A program made the translations under genes and the position numbers. Positions 28,016 through 36,656 of a stretch of DNA of 64,000 bases are shown here, piece after piece (position 1 is the first letter of the stretch; each line of letters opens with the position of its first letter). The notes below the pieces were generated by a model. It worked only from the letters and a program-made list of their open reading frames with translations, was not told the DNA's origin and searched no databases. The DNA is from an uncultured Acidimicrobiaceae bacterium. GTDB taxonomy: Bacteria; Actinomycetota; Acidimicrobiia; Acidimicrobiales; SZUA-35. Location: positions 65,045 through 129,044 of the forward strand of contig CAYGQE010000006.1 in assembly GCA_964351995.1 (NCBI GenBank). The letters are read 5' to 3'.

Positions 28016-28049
28016 CACACCGTTGTCATTTGCACACCGTTGTCATTTG
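28016..28049. repeat. Perfect 17-bp tandem duplication CACACCGTTGTCATTTG x2 upstream of the nuclease gene
   Basis: Read directly. It is preceded by the palindrome GTGTGAcaaTCACAC (28006..28020). The repeats lie 21-54 nt upstream of the nuclease start codon. Confidence 0.8.
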
Positions 28050-28059
28050 GCAAGCACCG

Positions 28060-29379
28060 TCATGTGCGATCTTGCGAGCGAAGCACGCCACCACCGATGC
28101 CGCCGCCGGAGAACCCGCCACCAGAGCTGCGACGTTGTGTGCGGCGGCTCCCGCTTCCGGCGCTCAGGCCACCGCCCAGCAGCATCTTGATGACCAGGCT
28201 CAGCAGACCCGTCTTGGCCAGACCCCCGACCATGCTGCCGAGTCCGCCGCCGCCGCTGCGGCGCCGAGGCGCCTGTTGGCGGCGCCGGCTCGAACGCCCA
28301 CGGGACGGGCCGTCGGGAAACAGGGACTCGTCATCGCCGAGTGCCGGCCGATCATCGCCGAGGGACCGACCGGACCGACCGGACCGGCCAGACCGAGGCG
28401 CCGGCGGGGGAGGCGTTCCGCCACCCAATGGGGGAACCGGCTGGCGGCCTGATGGCCGGCCGATTGGCCCGTCGCCGATGGTTGGTTCGGGTGGAGGCGT
28501 ACGCCCATCCAGCCGAGCCTCGATTGTTTCGAACTGCCACTCGGCCCGATCGAGCCGATCGTCGAGTGCATCGATTTCGATCGCCGTCGCCGCATCTTCC
28601 AGGCCCATGCTCACGTCTTGGAACGTCTGCGCGGCTTCTTCGTACATGCGGCGGAGATCGTCATCGGCCTGTGCGATGCGGTCGCCGAGGTCGATGACGT
28701 GATCTGCGTTGTTGCGGAGCTGCTCGCGGATCTCGGCTCGGTCTTCGGCCAGCGCAGCTTCGACTGCCGCAGCCTTGCGCTTGCGGCCAGCGAAGAAACG
28801 GACGGCGAGAAAGACAGCCAGACCCAGGAACAGGATCAGTAGCCAGGGAACACTGCCACCCGAGCTGGCAGCGCTGGACGATGCCTCTGGCGCCGATGTC
28901 ACGGCTCCGCTGCCCTCGCTGCTGTCGCCGGCCTGGGCTGGCGCAGCGTCGCCGCTGAGGACCCCGAGCACCGTGTCGATCCCGCCGGCGACTGCACCGG
29001 TGGCGAATTGTGGGAATGCCGCATCTGCTGCGCCCGTGGTGTCGCGGTCGAGCGATTCGACCCATGCGCCGCTGGCGTCGAGAACGATCAGCGTCCGGTA
29101 AGAGGAGCCAAGCCCGTCGAGACGCTGAAGCAAGCCGCTGGTGAGAATCGGGAGGTCGTCGGCGTTTTCCTGGTCGAGATACACGAACCCGACGCCGTCG
29201 GCGTTGGCCCGGTCGACGGCATCGCTGGCCACGCCCTGTAGTTCCAGCTCGAGATAGCCGCCGTCGCGGTCGATGGCGACGGCGATGTCGTCGAGGCTCT
29301 GCGCCCCGGCCGGTACCGCCGTGGCGGTGAGCCCGAACAGCAAAACGAACAGAGAGAGGAGGAATCGCAGGTGTCGCAC
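28060..29379 (-). CDS. Secreted, single-pass membrane protein with coiled-coil and Pro/Arg/Gly-rich tail (TPM/YgcG-like architecture)
   Basis: Signal peptide (AVPAGAQS), an ectodomain of about 150 aa, and a TM helix VPWLLILFLGLAVFLAVRFF. These are followed by an acidic helical region, a GRSGRSGRS repeat and a GGGFSGGGIGGG tail. Confidence 0.55.
   Translation of the reverse strand: MRHLRFLLSLFVLLFGLTATAVPAGAQSLDDIAVAIDRDGGYLELELQGVASDAVDRANADGVGFVYLDQENADDLPILTSGLLQRLDGLGSSYRTLIVLDASGAWVESLDRDTTGAADAAFPQFATGAVAGGIDTVLGVLSGDAAPAQAGDSSEGSGAVTSAPEASSSAASSGGSVPWLLILFLGLAVFLAVRFFAGRKRKAAAVEAALAEDRAEIREQLRNNADHVIDLGDRIAQADDDLRRMYEEAAQTFQDVSMGLEDAATAIEIDALDDRLDRAEWQFETIEARLDGRTPPPEPTIGDGPIGRPSGRQPVPPLGGGTPPPPAPRSGRSGRSGRSLGDDRPALGDDESLFPDGPSRGRSSRRRQQAPRRRSGGGGLGSMVGGLAKTGLLSLVIKMLLGGGLSAGSGSRRTQRRSSGGGFSGGGIGGGVLRSQDRT
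28363..28398. repeat. In-frame 9-bp microsatellite (GGACCGACC-like, 4 units) inside the CDS
   Basis: GGACCGACC GGACCGACC GGACCGGCC AGACCGAGG encodes the RSGRSGRSGRS tract on the minus strand. Confidence 0.7.
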
Positions 29380-29457
29380 CGCCCGAAGGTTACTGCGAAG
29401 CCTCGGGCTCGGCCGCCGAACACGATCAGTCCAACCGGCTGAACCAAGCAGAGCGCG

Positions 29458-30762
29458 TCAGGCGAAGACGTCGAGTACCTCGGGCTCGCTCGGAAGCACC
29501 GAAGCCGCCTCGACCCCCAGCCACGATTCGGCCAGGGTTCCCAAGTAGCGATCGAACGGCACCGTGACTCTGAGGTTGTCGTCATCGTCGAGGTCGTCGA
29601 GCGGTGATGGCTCGCCGAATCGACCGGAGGGAACAGCCCCGGCCAGAAGCATCGAGGATGCAGAGCCGTGGTCGAGACCCCGCCCGTTCTCGGGAACCCG
29701 GCGCCCGAACTCGCTCGTAGTCGCCACCAACACATCGTCCGCTCGACCGGCTGTGTCCATGCGTTCGAGAAAGCCATCGATGGCGGCGTCGACCTGGCTC
29801 ATCAGCTGAGGATGTTCCCACTGATGGCCGTCGTGGGTGTCGAAACCGCCGATGCGGGCGTACACGATGCGCATACCCAGGTCGGCTTCGATCAGATCCG
29901 CAGCCAAGAAGAGTTGCTGTCCGAGCTCGCCGCCTTCGGAGAGCATTGGCTGCTCCCAGTCGATCTCGTCGTCGCTTTCGTCGGGTAGGGCCGCCGCAAG
30001 GTCGAGGAGCTGCCGGTGGCTCTGGCTGATCAACCCCGCTCGTCCTTCCCGGTCTTCGCCCAAGCGGCGAAGGCCTGCTTGAAACGCCGCCGCCTCATTC
30101 CAGTCGGTGGGTTGGAGGAACCAAAGATCTCCTCGGCCGCCGAGCGACAGCGTCGCCGCCGTTGCGTTCGTGAGCCAAGACGTGGGCCCGCCCATCGAGG
30201 CGCCGACCAACGGTGAGCCATCATCGAGCGTGTCAGCCAGCCGGCCGAGAAAGCCCGTGCGTAGGGCGTTCTGACCGTCGACGTCGCCTCGCTCCCAGCG
30301 AGCTGCCATTGCGAAGTGCGACAAGTCCCCGTCGACAGGACCGACGCCTTCGACTGTCGCAACGCCTCTGGCATGAAGCCGTGCGAGGTTGGGGTGGAGG
30401 CCGACCTCGTCGTCGATCGTCAAAGCGTCCTGCACCGCGAGATCAGGTCGAAGGTCGTAGTAGCGCCCTGACCCAGCGGGCACCACGGTCGACAGCCCGT
30501 CGTTGCCGCCCTGAAGGTCGACCAGGACGAGGATGCGGCTGTCGATCGCTCCGTCGAGTCGTCGGCCGGTTTCGTTCGTGGCCACCGACTCTTCGGCGCC
30601 TCCGAACGCGGCGAGGGAAGTCGGCGGGGCAAGACTCGCCGTTTGGCCGTTCGAACAGGCTGCGATCAGCGGGCCAGCAGCGCCAGAGGCCACGAGCCCT
30701 TGGACGATGCGGCGGCGACGGTTGAAGAACTGTGCCGTTTGGATGGATGGGAGGGTGGTCAT
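29458..30762 (-). CDS. DUF1501 domain protein (sulfatase/alkaline-phosphatase-like fold), Tat-exported
   Basis: Twin-arginine signal FFNRRRRIVQGLVASGAAG and the GGFDTHD motif. Confidence 0.8.
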   Translation of the reverse strand: MTTLPSIQTAQFFNRRRRIVQGLVASGAAGPLIAACSNGQTASLAPPTSLAAFGGAEESVATNETGRRLDGAIDSRILVLVDLQGGNDGLSTVVPAGSGRYYDLRPDLAVQDALTIDDEVGLHPNLARLHARGVATVEGVGPVDGDLSHFAMAARWERGDVDGQNALRTGFLGRLADTLDDGSPLVGASMGGPTSWLTNATAATLSLGGRGDLWFLQPTDWNEAAAFQAGLRRLGEDREGRAGLISQSHRQLLDLAAALPDESDDEIDWEQPMLSEGGELGQQLFLAADLIEADLGMRIVYARIGGFDTHDGHQWEHPQLMSQVDAAIDGFLERMDTAGRADDVLVATTSEFGRRVPENGRGLDHGSASSMLLAGAVPSGRFGEPSPLDDLDDDDNLRVTVPFDRYLGTLAESWLGVEAASVLPSEPEVLDVFA

Positions 30763-32009
30763 GTGAGGTGGAACTCCGGTGCGTTGAGGGCAAGGCGCCA
30801 GCGCAGACGGCCCTGTTGGTCTTCGGCGACTTCAGAGCTGTTGCCGGCCTGCTGCAGCGCCCGTCGCGTGGTGGCGGTGACACTTTCGAGTGCGCTGGCG
30901 CTGAGGATCTCATCGGTGGTGCGGCCGGGAGCTTCGTCCAGGCCGACCGAGCCGAGGAACACTGCCCGATGCACGAGCGAGCCGGGTCGGAGCCAGCGAT
31001 CACCCTTGGGCCATCCGGCCACGTTGGGCGGGTAGTAGGGCATCTGACCAAGCGACTCGAGCTGCCATTGACTCTCGAAGGGCAGTCCGGTCGTGGCCTT
31101 GACCGCCAAGTACCACTCGAGCCCCGTCCTCGCTCTGGTGTAGCGAGCGTCCCGTGCCTCATCACTGCGGAGCAATCGTTCCACCAGCGGCAAGATCTCG
31201 AGGTCGGCGTCTTGCCACCAACGGCCCAGGTCGACGGCATCCTCGGCCGACAATTCGGTGCCGATCAGCTCGAACCACAGCCTGGAAGCGACGTTCACCG
31301 CTGTTCCGGGATGATCACACAGCCGGTCGACCAGACTCTCGGTGGTCCAGTCGGCCTGCTCGCCGAGAAAGATCATGGGGGCGATGAAGGCATTGCGCCG
31401 GTCGAATCGCACAACGGGATCGTCCTCGCGGTCCTCGTCATCGTCGACCCACCAGCCGGCGAGGGCCCGAGCGGCGGCCCGGACATCGTCTTGTGTGTAA
31501 TTGCCGCGACCGATCGTGAAGAGCTCCATGAGCTCCCGACCGAGGTTCTCGTTGGGGTTCGACGCATCAGACCCGTCGCCGTCGAGGAATCGCAGCAGGG
31601 CGCCGTCGACCACGAACGCCTGCAGCAGATCTCGGTAGTTGCCCATCGACATCGAACGCAGCAAGGTCATCTGGCGAGGAATCAAGATCTCGTTGCCAAC
31701 GCTGTCCCAATTCGTGGTGAGGAAACCGTGCCAGAACCACATCATCTTGTCGACAATGCCGTTTTGAGGGCCGGTCATCTCGTCGATCCACCAGGCCAGG
31801 ACCTCTCCGAGGTCATTGTCTTGGGGCACGGGAGTCTCGACTGCGGTCTGCATGGCATCGATGTCGAGGACGATGTCGACCATGTCACCCCACGAGCGCC
31901 CGGCCAGCTCGTCGATCCGTTCTGGCCGCGGACCCAGTGTCGATCTGCGGAGCAGCGCCGCCGCTGTTGCTCGGTCTGGATTCGCTTCTTGGAGGTCGGC
32001 CAACGTCAT
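30759..32009 (-). CDS. DUF1800 domain protein
   Basis: MWFWHGFLTTN (FWHNHF-like) motif. The stop overlaps the DUF1501 start by 4 nt, the usual DUF1800-DUF1501 pairing. The ORF extends to 32087, but ATG 32009 is preferred. Confidence 0.75.
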   Translation of the reverse strand: MTLADLQEANPDRATAAALLRRSTLGPRPERIDELAGRSWGDMVDIVLDIDAMQTAVETPVPQDNDLGEVLAWWIDEMTGPQNGIVDKMMWFWHGFLTTNWDSVGNEILIPRQMTLLRSMSMGNYRDLLQAFVVDGALLRFLDGDGSDASNPNENLGRELMELFTIGRGNYTQDDVRAAARALAGWWVDDDEDREDDPVVRFDRRNAFIAPMIFLGEQADWTTESLVDRLCDHPGTAVNVASRLWFELIGTELSAEDAVDLGRWWQDADLEILPLVERLLRSDEARDARYTRARTGLEWYLAVKATTGLPFESQWQLESLGQMPYYPPNVAGWPKGDRWLRPGSLVHRAVFLGSVGLDEAPGRTTDEILSASALESVTATTRRALQQAGNSSEVAEDQQGRLRWRLALNAPEFHLT

Positions 32010-32023
32010 GACCGCACTGTGAA

Positions 32024-32070
32024 TGAAGCGCCGTGAAGCGAACATGAAGAGCACCTTCATGGCTTCTTCA
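32024..32070. promoter_or_regulatory. Phased array of five TGAAG/CTTCA pentamers (candidate response-regulator sites)
   Basis: TGAAG at 32024, 32034 and 32045; CTTCA at 32055 and 32066. Spacing is 10-11 bp. The central pair forms the palindrome CATGAAGagcacCTTCATG. Confidence 0.4.
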
Positions 32071-32095
32071 TGGAACAAATGCGACACTGTGCGCC

Positions 32096-32773
32096 TTGCG
32101 CTTGCTCCTCGTGGAAGACGACCCCTCCCTCGCCAGGGTGATCGAGCGCGGTCTGACCGAGGAAGGGCATGCGGTCGACCACGCTCCGACGCTCGCCCGA
32201 GCCTCTGAAGCCACCGCTCTCAACGACTACGACCTCCTGGTTCTCGACCTTGGCCTGCCCGATGGCGATGGCACCGAGCTGTGTCGCGAAGTTCGGGCCA
32301 GCGGTTCGGGCACGCCCATCCTCATGCTCACCGCCCGCGATGGCATCTCTGACCGAGTGCGCGGCCTCGACGCCGGCGCCGACGACTACCTGACCAAGCC
32401 GTTCGCCTACCCGGAGCTGGCCGCTCGAGTTCGAGCCCTCCTCCGCAGGCCGAAGGCGACCGCTTCGCCCATTCTCGAAGCTGATGACGTGCGCCTTGAT
32501 CCAGCCGCTCACACGGTGTGGCGGGGCGCCATCATGGTGCCGCTCACGCCACGAGAGTTCAGCCTGCTCGAGTACCTCTTACGCCATCCTCGTGAGGTGT
32601 GTCGGCGTGAGGATCTCCTCGAACACGTCTGGGATGCCAACTACGACGGGCTGTCGAACGTCGTGGATGTCCACATCGCCAATCTCCGCCGCAAGCTCGA
32701 GATGCCGGGCAGCAGCGACCCCATCGAGACGATCCGTGGCGTTGGCTACCGCATCGGCGGAGGCCCAGCGTGA
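32096..32773 (+). CDS. OmpR/PhoB-family response regulator
   Basis: MRLLLVEDD, DLLVLDLGLPDGDG, and the winged-helix LTPREFSLLEYLLRHP. TTG start. Confidence 0.9.
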   Translation: MRLLLVEDDPSLARVIERGLTEEGHAVDHAPTLARASEATALNDYDLLVLDLGLPDGDGTELCREVRASGSGTPILMLTARDGISDRVRGLDAGADDYLTKPFAYPELAARVRALLRRPKATASPILEADDVRLDPAAHTVWRGAIMVPLTPREFSLLEYLLRHPREVCRREDLLEHVWDANYDGLSNVVDVHIANLRRKLEMPGSSDPIETIRGVGYRIGGGPA

Positions 32774-33963
32774 CCAGCGGCAACCAAGAACAGCGCGTTC
32801 GGCTCTTGCAGTCTGCGGCGGTTGGTCTGTTCGTCTTCGTGTTGGTCGCGCCGCTCTGCTTCATCGGTGCTCGTCGGTCGGCGGAGGTCGCTCGGGATCG
32901 AACCGAGGCTGACGCTGATCAGCGCATGACCGAAACGCTTGCTGCATGGCGAACCGACGAGATCGACTACCCCGAGAACGTCTGGCTGGTCAACATCAAC
33001 GGCGATTGGTTCGACACGTTCGGAGAGAACACGATCGAGCCGCCGCTCTTCGCCCTCGCGGAGGTTGCCTTCGAAGAACCCAACACTCGGGAGTTCGACT
33101 TCGACGGTCAGTGGCTGGCCCAGGCCGAGTGGGTCGGGGGCGAGGATGTCGTGGTCGCTGTGGTGGATCGTTCCGGTCAAGATGACGCCATTGCTGCTGC
33201 TCGGCGCTGGTGGTCACTCGGTGCGGTCGCCGCTGCTCTGGCTGCTGCTGTTGCCGCTTGGTACGCACTCACTCGCATGGCTCGACCGGTCGAGCGGGCT
33301 CACGAGGTGAATCGCGACTTCATCGCCGACGCAGCCCATGAGTTGCGCACGCCGCTGGCCATCGTTCAGGCCTCCGCCAGTCATGCGCTTTCACGCGAGC
33401 GGCCAGCCGAGGCGTATCGCGAATCGCTCGAAGAGATCTTGGGAGCAACCGAGCGAGCAGGTGCCAGCGTTGGTGAACTTCTCGAGTTCGCCAGGCTCGA
33501 AGCAGGTCAAGCGTCGCTGAGGCTCGCCCCTCTTCGCCTTGACTTGCTCGTCGAGGAAGTCGCGAGCTCGATTCGAGTCGACGGGGTTTCGGTCGAGGCC
33601 ATTCCCGGCGAAGCCGTCGTGGTCGAAGCCGACTACAACTTGATTCGCCAAGTGGTCGACAACATCGCCAGGAATGCGGCCGCTCGGGCGGGCAAAGTCA
33701 GCCTGACCACTGCCCTCGAGACCCAGTCGGCTCGCATCGAGATCTCTGATGACGGACCGGGCTTCGACCCTGGTGTGCTCGACACCGTCTTTGTTCGGTT
33801 CCGTCGTGGCGACGAGAGCGGCTCGGTTGGTCTGGGTATGTCGATCGCTCGGACCATCGTCGAGATGCACGGCGGCTCGTGCGAGGCCACCAATCAAGCG
33901 GCCGACGCCGACGGCAACCCGGCGGGTGCGCTCGTGCTCGTTCGGCTGCCGTTCAAGCAGTAG
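32770..33963 (+). CDS. Sensor histidine kinase (two TM helices, extracytoplasmic domain, HisKA, HATPase_c)
   Basis: H-box FIADAAHELRTPLA, and N/G boxes NIARNAA and GLGMSIAR. Overlaps the response regulator gene by 4 nt. Confidence 0.85.
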   Translation: MTSGNQEQRVRLLQSAAVGLFVFVLVAPLCFIGARRSAEVARDRTEADADQRMTETLAAWRTDEIDYPENVWLVNINGDWFDTFGENTIEPPLFALAEVAFEEPNTREFDFDGQWLAQAEWVGGEDVVVAVVDRSGQDDAIAAARRWWSLGAVAAALAAAVAAWYALTRMARPVERAHEVNRDFIADAAHELRTPLAIVQASASHALSRERPAEAYRESLEEILGATERAGASVGELLEFARLEAGQASLRLAPLRLDLLVEEVASSIRVDGVSVEAIPGEAVVVEADYNLIRQVVDNIARNAAARAGKVSLTTALETQSARIEISDDGPGFDPGVLDTVFVRFRRGDESGSVGLGMSIARTIVEMHGGSCEATNQAADADGNPAGALVLVRLPFKQ

Positions 33964-33972
33964 CGCAAGCGT

Positions 33973-35673
33973 TCAGGTCAACGCCTCGAGCCAGAGGCTG
34001 TCGTAGGGAGCGAGCGTGGTCGACGGTTGCTGTTGGTCACCAATGCACCGCCAGGCCTGCACAGGTTCGAGCGTGGTGCTGATGTCGACTGCGGTCGGCC
34101 CGAGGTTGACGACCACGAGGGCACGATGGGTGCCGGTGCCACGTTCGATGGCGAACACTCCGTCGGGGCTCGGCACGATCTTGGACGCAGCTTCGGGATG
34201 GAAAGCGGCAGAGCCTCGCCGCTTTGACACCAAAGAGGCGAGGCCGTCGAATATCCGGCGAGCCCGGGTGCCGTCGCTCTTGATGTGGGCCACGAGCCCG
34301 GCCCGATCAGCGAAACGAGCTCGGTTGATGTCTCTGGCGTGCCCTGTCTGCTCGACTGCTGCATGATCGTTGTCGGCGCCGAAGAAGGACTGGGCATAGA
34401 TCGCCGCGATCCCTGGCAACGCCAGCATCACTGCGTGGGTCGCCAGGTGACGCTGGATGGCGACGGCCTCGGTGGTGTCGGCAGCCATCAGCTCGAACCA
34501 TGTGGTGTTGAGCTCATACGGTGCGGTGGACCCGTCGGCCAGTGTTCGCTCGTTGACGTGGCCGCCAGCAGTTCGACAGGCATCGATCAACACACCGAGC
34601 TGGTCGGTGTCGAGCAGTCCCTCGGCCGGTCGTACCCCGATGCCGTCGTGACAGGCCAAGAAGTTGAGGAACGAACGGCCCGGTCCGACGTATTGGTTGA
34701 TGCCGACGGCCCAAGTCTCGAGCACCGTGGTGTCGCCGGTGAGGGCGGCATGGGCGACAAGGGGAGCGAGGGGGAACTGATAGACGGCGTGCACCTCTGC
34801 CGTCGTCTCGGCCCCCAAGTACGAGACGTTCTCGGCGTGGGGGACGTTGGTCTCGCTGATCAGAATCGTGCCGGGAGCGACCTCGTCGATACAGGACCGC
34901 ATGAGCTGGATCAATTGATGGGTCTGGGGGAGGTGGATGGACGCCGTGGCCTCGTCCTTCCAGAGAAAGCCGATGGCGTCGAGTCTGATCGCTGCAGCAC
35001 CCCGTTCGCAGTAGCCGAGGAGCACCTCGAGGACACGCAGGAGAACTGCAGGCTCGGCGTAGTCGAGATCGACTTGGTCGGGAGAAAACGTGGTCCACAC
35101 ATGGACGGTGTCGCCGTTCGTCTTCTGGAACGGGGTGAGCAGGGGGTGGGTACGGGGCCGGACGACCGTGTGGTGGTCGACGGTCGGGTCGCTCGTGCGA
35201 AAGAAGCCACGAAGCGCCGGGTCGCCAGCGAGGAACTTCTGGAACCACGGGCTCTGCGCCGACAGATGGTTGATCACGGCATCGAACATCACTGGCCGTG
35301 TCCGCCCGAGTGCTTCGATGTCGTCCCATGTGCCGTAGCGATCGTCGACGGCCTCGTAGTCGATGACCGAGAAGCCACCGTCGGAACTCCACGGGGCGAA
35401 GGGCAAGACGTGGACGCCGTCGACGTGATCCGCCAGGTGAGTGTCGACGAAGTCGTGGAGTGCAGCGATGGGTGTCGCCCCCGCGGTGGGGAAGTGGTCG
35501 GCGTAGGTGATCAGCCACACCGAACGCTGCGACCAGGGCTCGATGGTGGCGGCTCGCGACCGGGTCCGGCATCGGTCGAGGAGTTCCTCGACCGCAACGG
35601 TCAACTCTGACGCGACCTCGGCGCCGTAGACGGCGCCGAGGAGTGCATTGCGATGATCAGAACCTGAGCTCAA
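33973..35673 (-). CDS. GH13_18 sugar phosphorylase (sucrose-phosphorylase family; glucosylglycerate/glucosylglycerol-type possible)
   Basis: VWLITYADHF, the nucleophile region IRLDAIGFLWK, acid/base ISETNVPH, and FLACHDGIG. No in-frame ATG is available, so a TTG at 35673, 5 nt after the permease stop, is proposed. The 869-aa ORF is a frame-shadow fusion. Confidence 0.8.
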   Translation of the reverse strand: MSSGSDHRNALLGAVYGAEVASELTVAVEELLDRCRTRSRAATIEPWSQRSVWLITYADHFPTAGATPIAALHDFVDTHLADHVDGVHVLPFAPWSSDGGFSVIDYEAVDDRYGTWDDIEALGRTRPVMFDAVINHLSAQSPWFQKFLAGDPALRGFFRTSDPTVDHHTVVRPRTHPLLTPFQKTNGDTVHVWTTFSPDQVDLDYAEPAVLLRVLEVLLGYCERGAAAIRLDAIGFLWKDEATASIHLPQTHQLIQLMRSCIDEVAPGTILISETNVPHAENVSYLGAETTAEVHAVYQFPLAPLVAHAALTGDTTVLETWAVGINQYVGPGRSFLNFLACHDGIGVRPAEGLLDTDQLGVLIDACRTAGGHVNERTLADGSTAPYELNTTWFELMAADTTEAVAIQRHLATHAVMLALPGIAAIYAQSFFGADNDHAAVEQTGHARDINRARFADRAGLVAHIKSDGTRARRIFDGLASLVSKRRGSAAFHPEAASKIVPSPDGVFAIERGTGTHRALVVVNLGPTAVDISTTLEPVQAWRCIGDQQQPSTTLAPYDSLWLEALT

Positions 35674-35678
35674 GTCGG

Positions 35679-36656
35679 TCAGCCCTTGACCGAACCGGCC
35701 AGGATTCCTCGGACAAAGAACCGCTGGAGGCTGAAGAAGACCACGAGCGGCACGAAGGCCTGCACGAACGCCGCCGAAGCGAGCAGGTGTTCGTTTCGGC
35801 CGAAGTCGCCGGCGAGATTGGCGACTCGAATGGTGGTCGGGAACGCATCTTGGCTCGACAACAGCATGACGACGGCGATGAGGTAATCGTTCCAGGTCCA
35901 GAGGAACTGGAAGATGGCAAATGCTGCGAGCACCGGCACCGACAGCGGCAGCACGAGGCGCCAAAAGATGGTGAAGTGGTCCGCCCCGTCGATGCGAGCG
36001 CTCTCGAACAAATCCTTGGGCAAGCCACTGATGTAGTTGTGCAGCAAGAAGATCGCGAAGGGCATGGCGAATCCGGTGTGGGTGAGCCACACCGCTGTTG
36101 CGGTACCGGCCAAGTCCAGATCGGGGAAGACCGTGATGGTCTTGTCGAGGAAGGGAAGCGTGAGGTGTGCGCCACGGTCGTACATCTGGAGCAACGGAAT
36201 GAGTGCGACCTGCAGTGGGATCGCCAGCAGCGACACGACCACGATGAACATCTTCTCGCGGCCCTTGAAGTCGATCCAGGCAAAGCCGTAGGCCGCAAAT
36301 GCAGCGATGGCGATGGGGATGATCGTTGCCGGGATGGCAATGGCGAAACTGTTGATCACCGAGTCGGTGAGTTTGGCGGTCGAACTCGCTGAGAGGACGT
36401 CGGCGTAGTTCTCGAGTGTGAGGTTCTCGAGATTGACCGCGCTCTGTTCGGCTGCAGTCAGTTCTTGGTTGCCAGCCGTGAGTGCCTGCCACCAACCCAG
36501 ACCGCGCTGACCTGACTTGGGTCGGAACGAGTTGACGAACAAGCCAAATGTGGGGATGACCCAGATGATGACAATGCCCCACAACGGAACCCGCCGAAGA
36601 GCGTTGTAGATGCGGTTGGAAAGCGAACCGGTGGGGGTGGTGTTGGAAGCAGTCAT
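35679..36656 (-). CDS. Carbohydrate ABC transporter permease (MalG-like)
   Basis: EAA-loop ESARIDGADHFTIFWRLVLP and a six-TM profile. Confidence 0.9.
   Translation of the reverse strand: MTASNTTPTGSLSNRIYNALRRVPLWGIVIIWVIPTFGLFVNSFRPKSGQRGLGWWQALTAGNQELTAAEQSAVNLENLTLENYADVLSASSTAKLTDSVINSFAIAIPATIIPIAIAAFAAYGFAWIDFKGREKMFIVVVSLLAIPLQVALIPLLQMYDRGAHLTLPFLDKTITVFPDLDLAGTATAVWLTHTGFAMPFAIFLLHNYISGLPKDLFESARIDGADHFTIFWRLVLPLSVPVLAAFAIFQFLWTWNDYLIAVVMLLSSQDAFPTTIRVANLAGDFGRNEHLLASAAFVQAFVPLVVFFSLQRFFVRGILAGSVKG

Noticed and set aside
28006-28020. CRP/FNR-type site GTGTGAcaaTCACAC
   Set aside because: The half-sites match TGTGA/TCACA, but the spacer is 3 nt instead of the 6 nt required by the CRP family consensus.
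30732-32036. 434-aa plus-strand ORF opposite DUF1800. Similar antisense ORFs occur at 34285-35610, 40957-42123, 42582-43712, 45373-46338, 49452-50330, 51998-52966, 60594-61664 and 61984-63006.
   Set aside because: Each is antisense to a gene with clear family motifs and has no motifs of its own. Long stop-free antisense frames are expected in high-GC DNA.
33973-36582. 869-aa ORF suggesting a permease-phosphorylase fusion
   Set aside because: The N-terminal 300 aa are Arg/Pro/His-rich nonsense in an alternative frame of the MalG-like permease gene (35679-36656), which has a clear EAA loop. Only the GH13_18 part is real.
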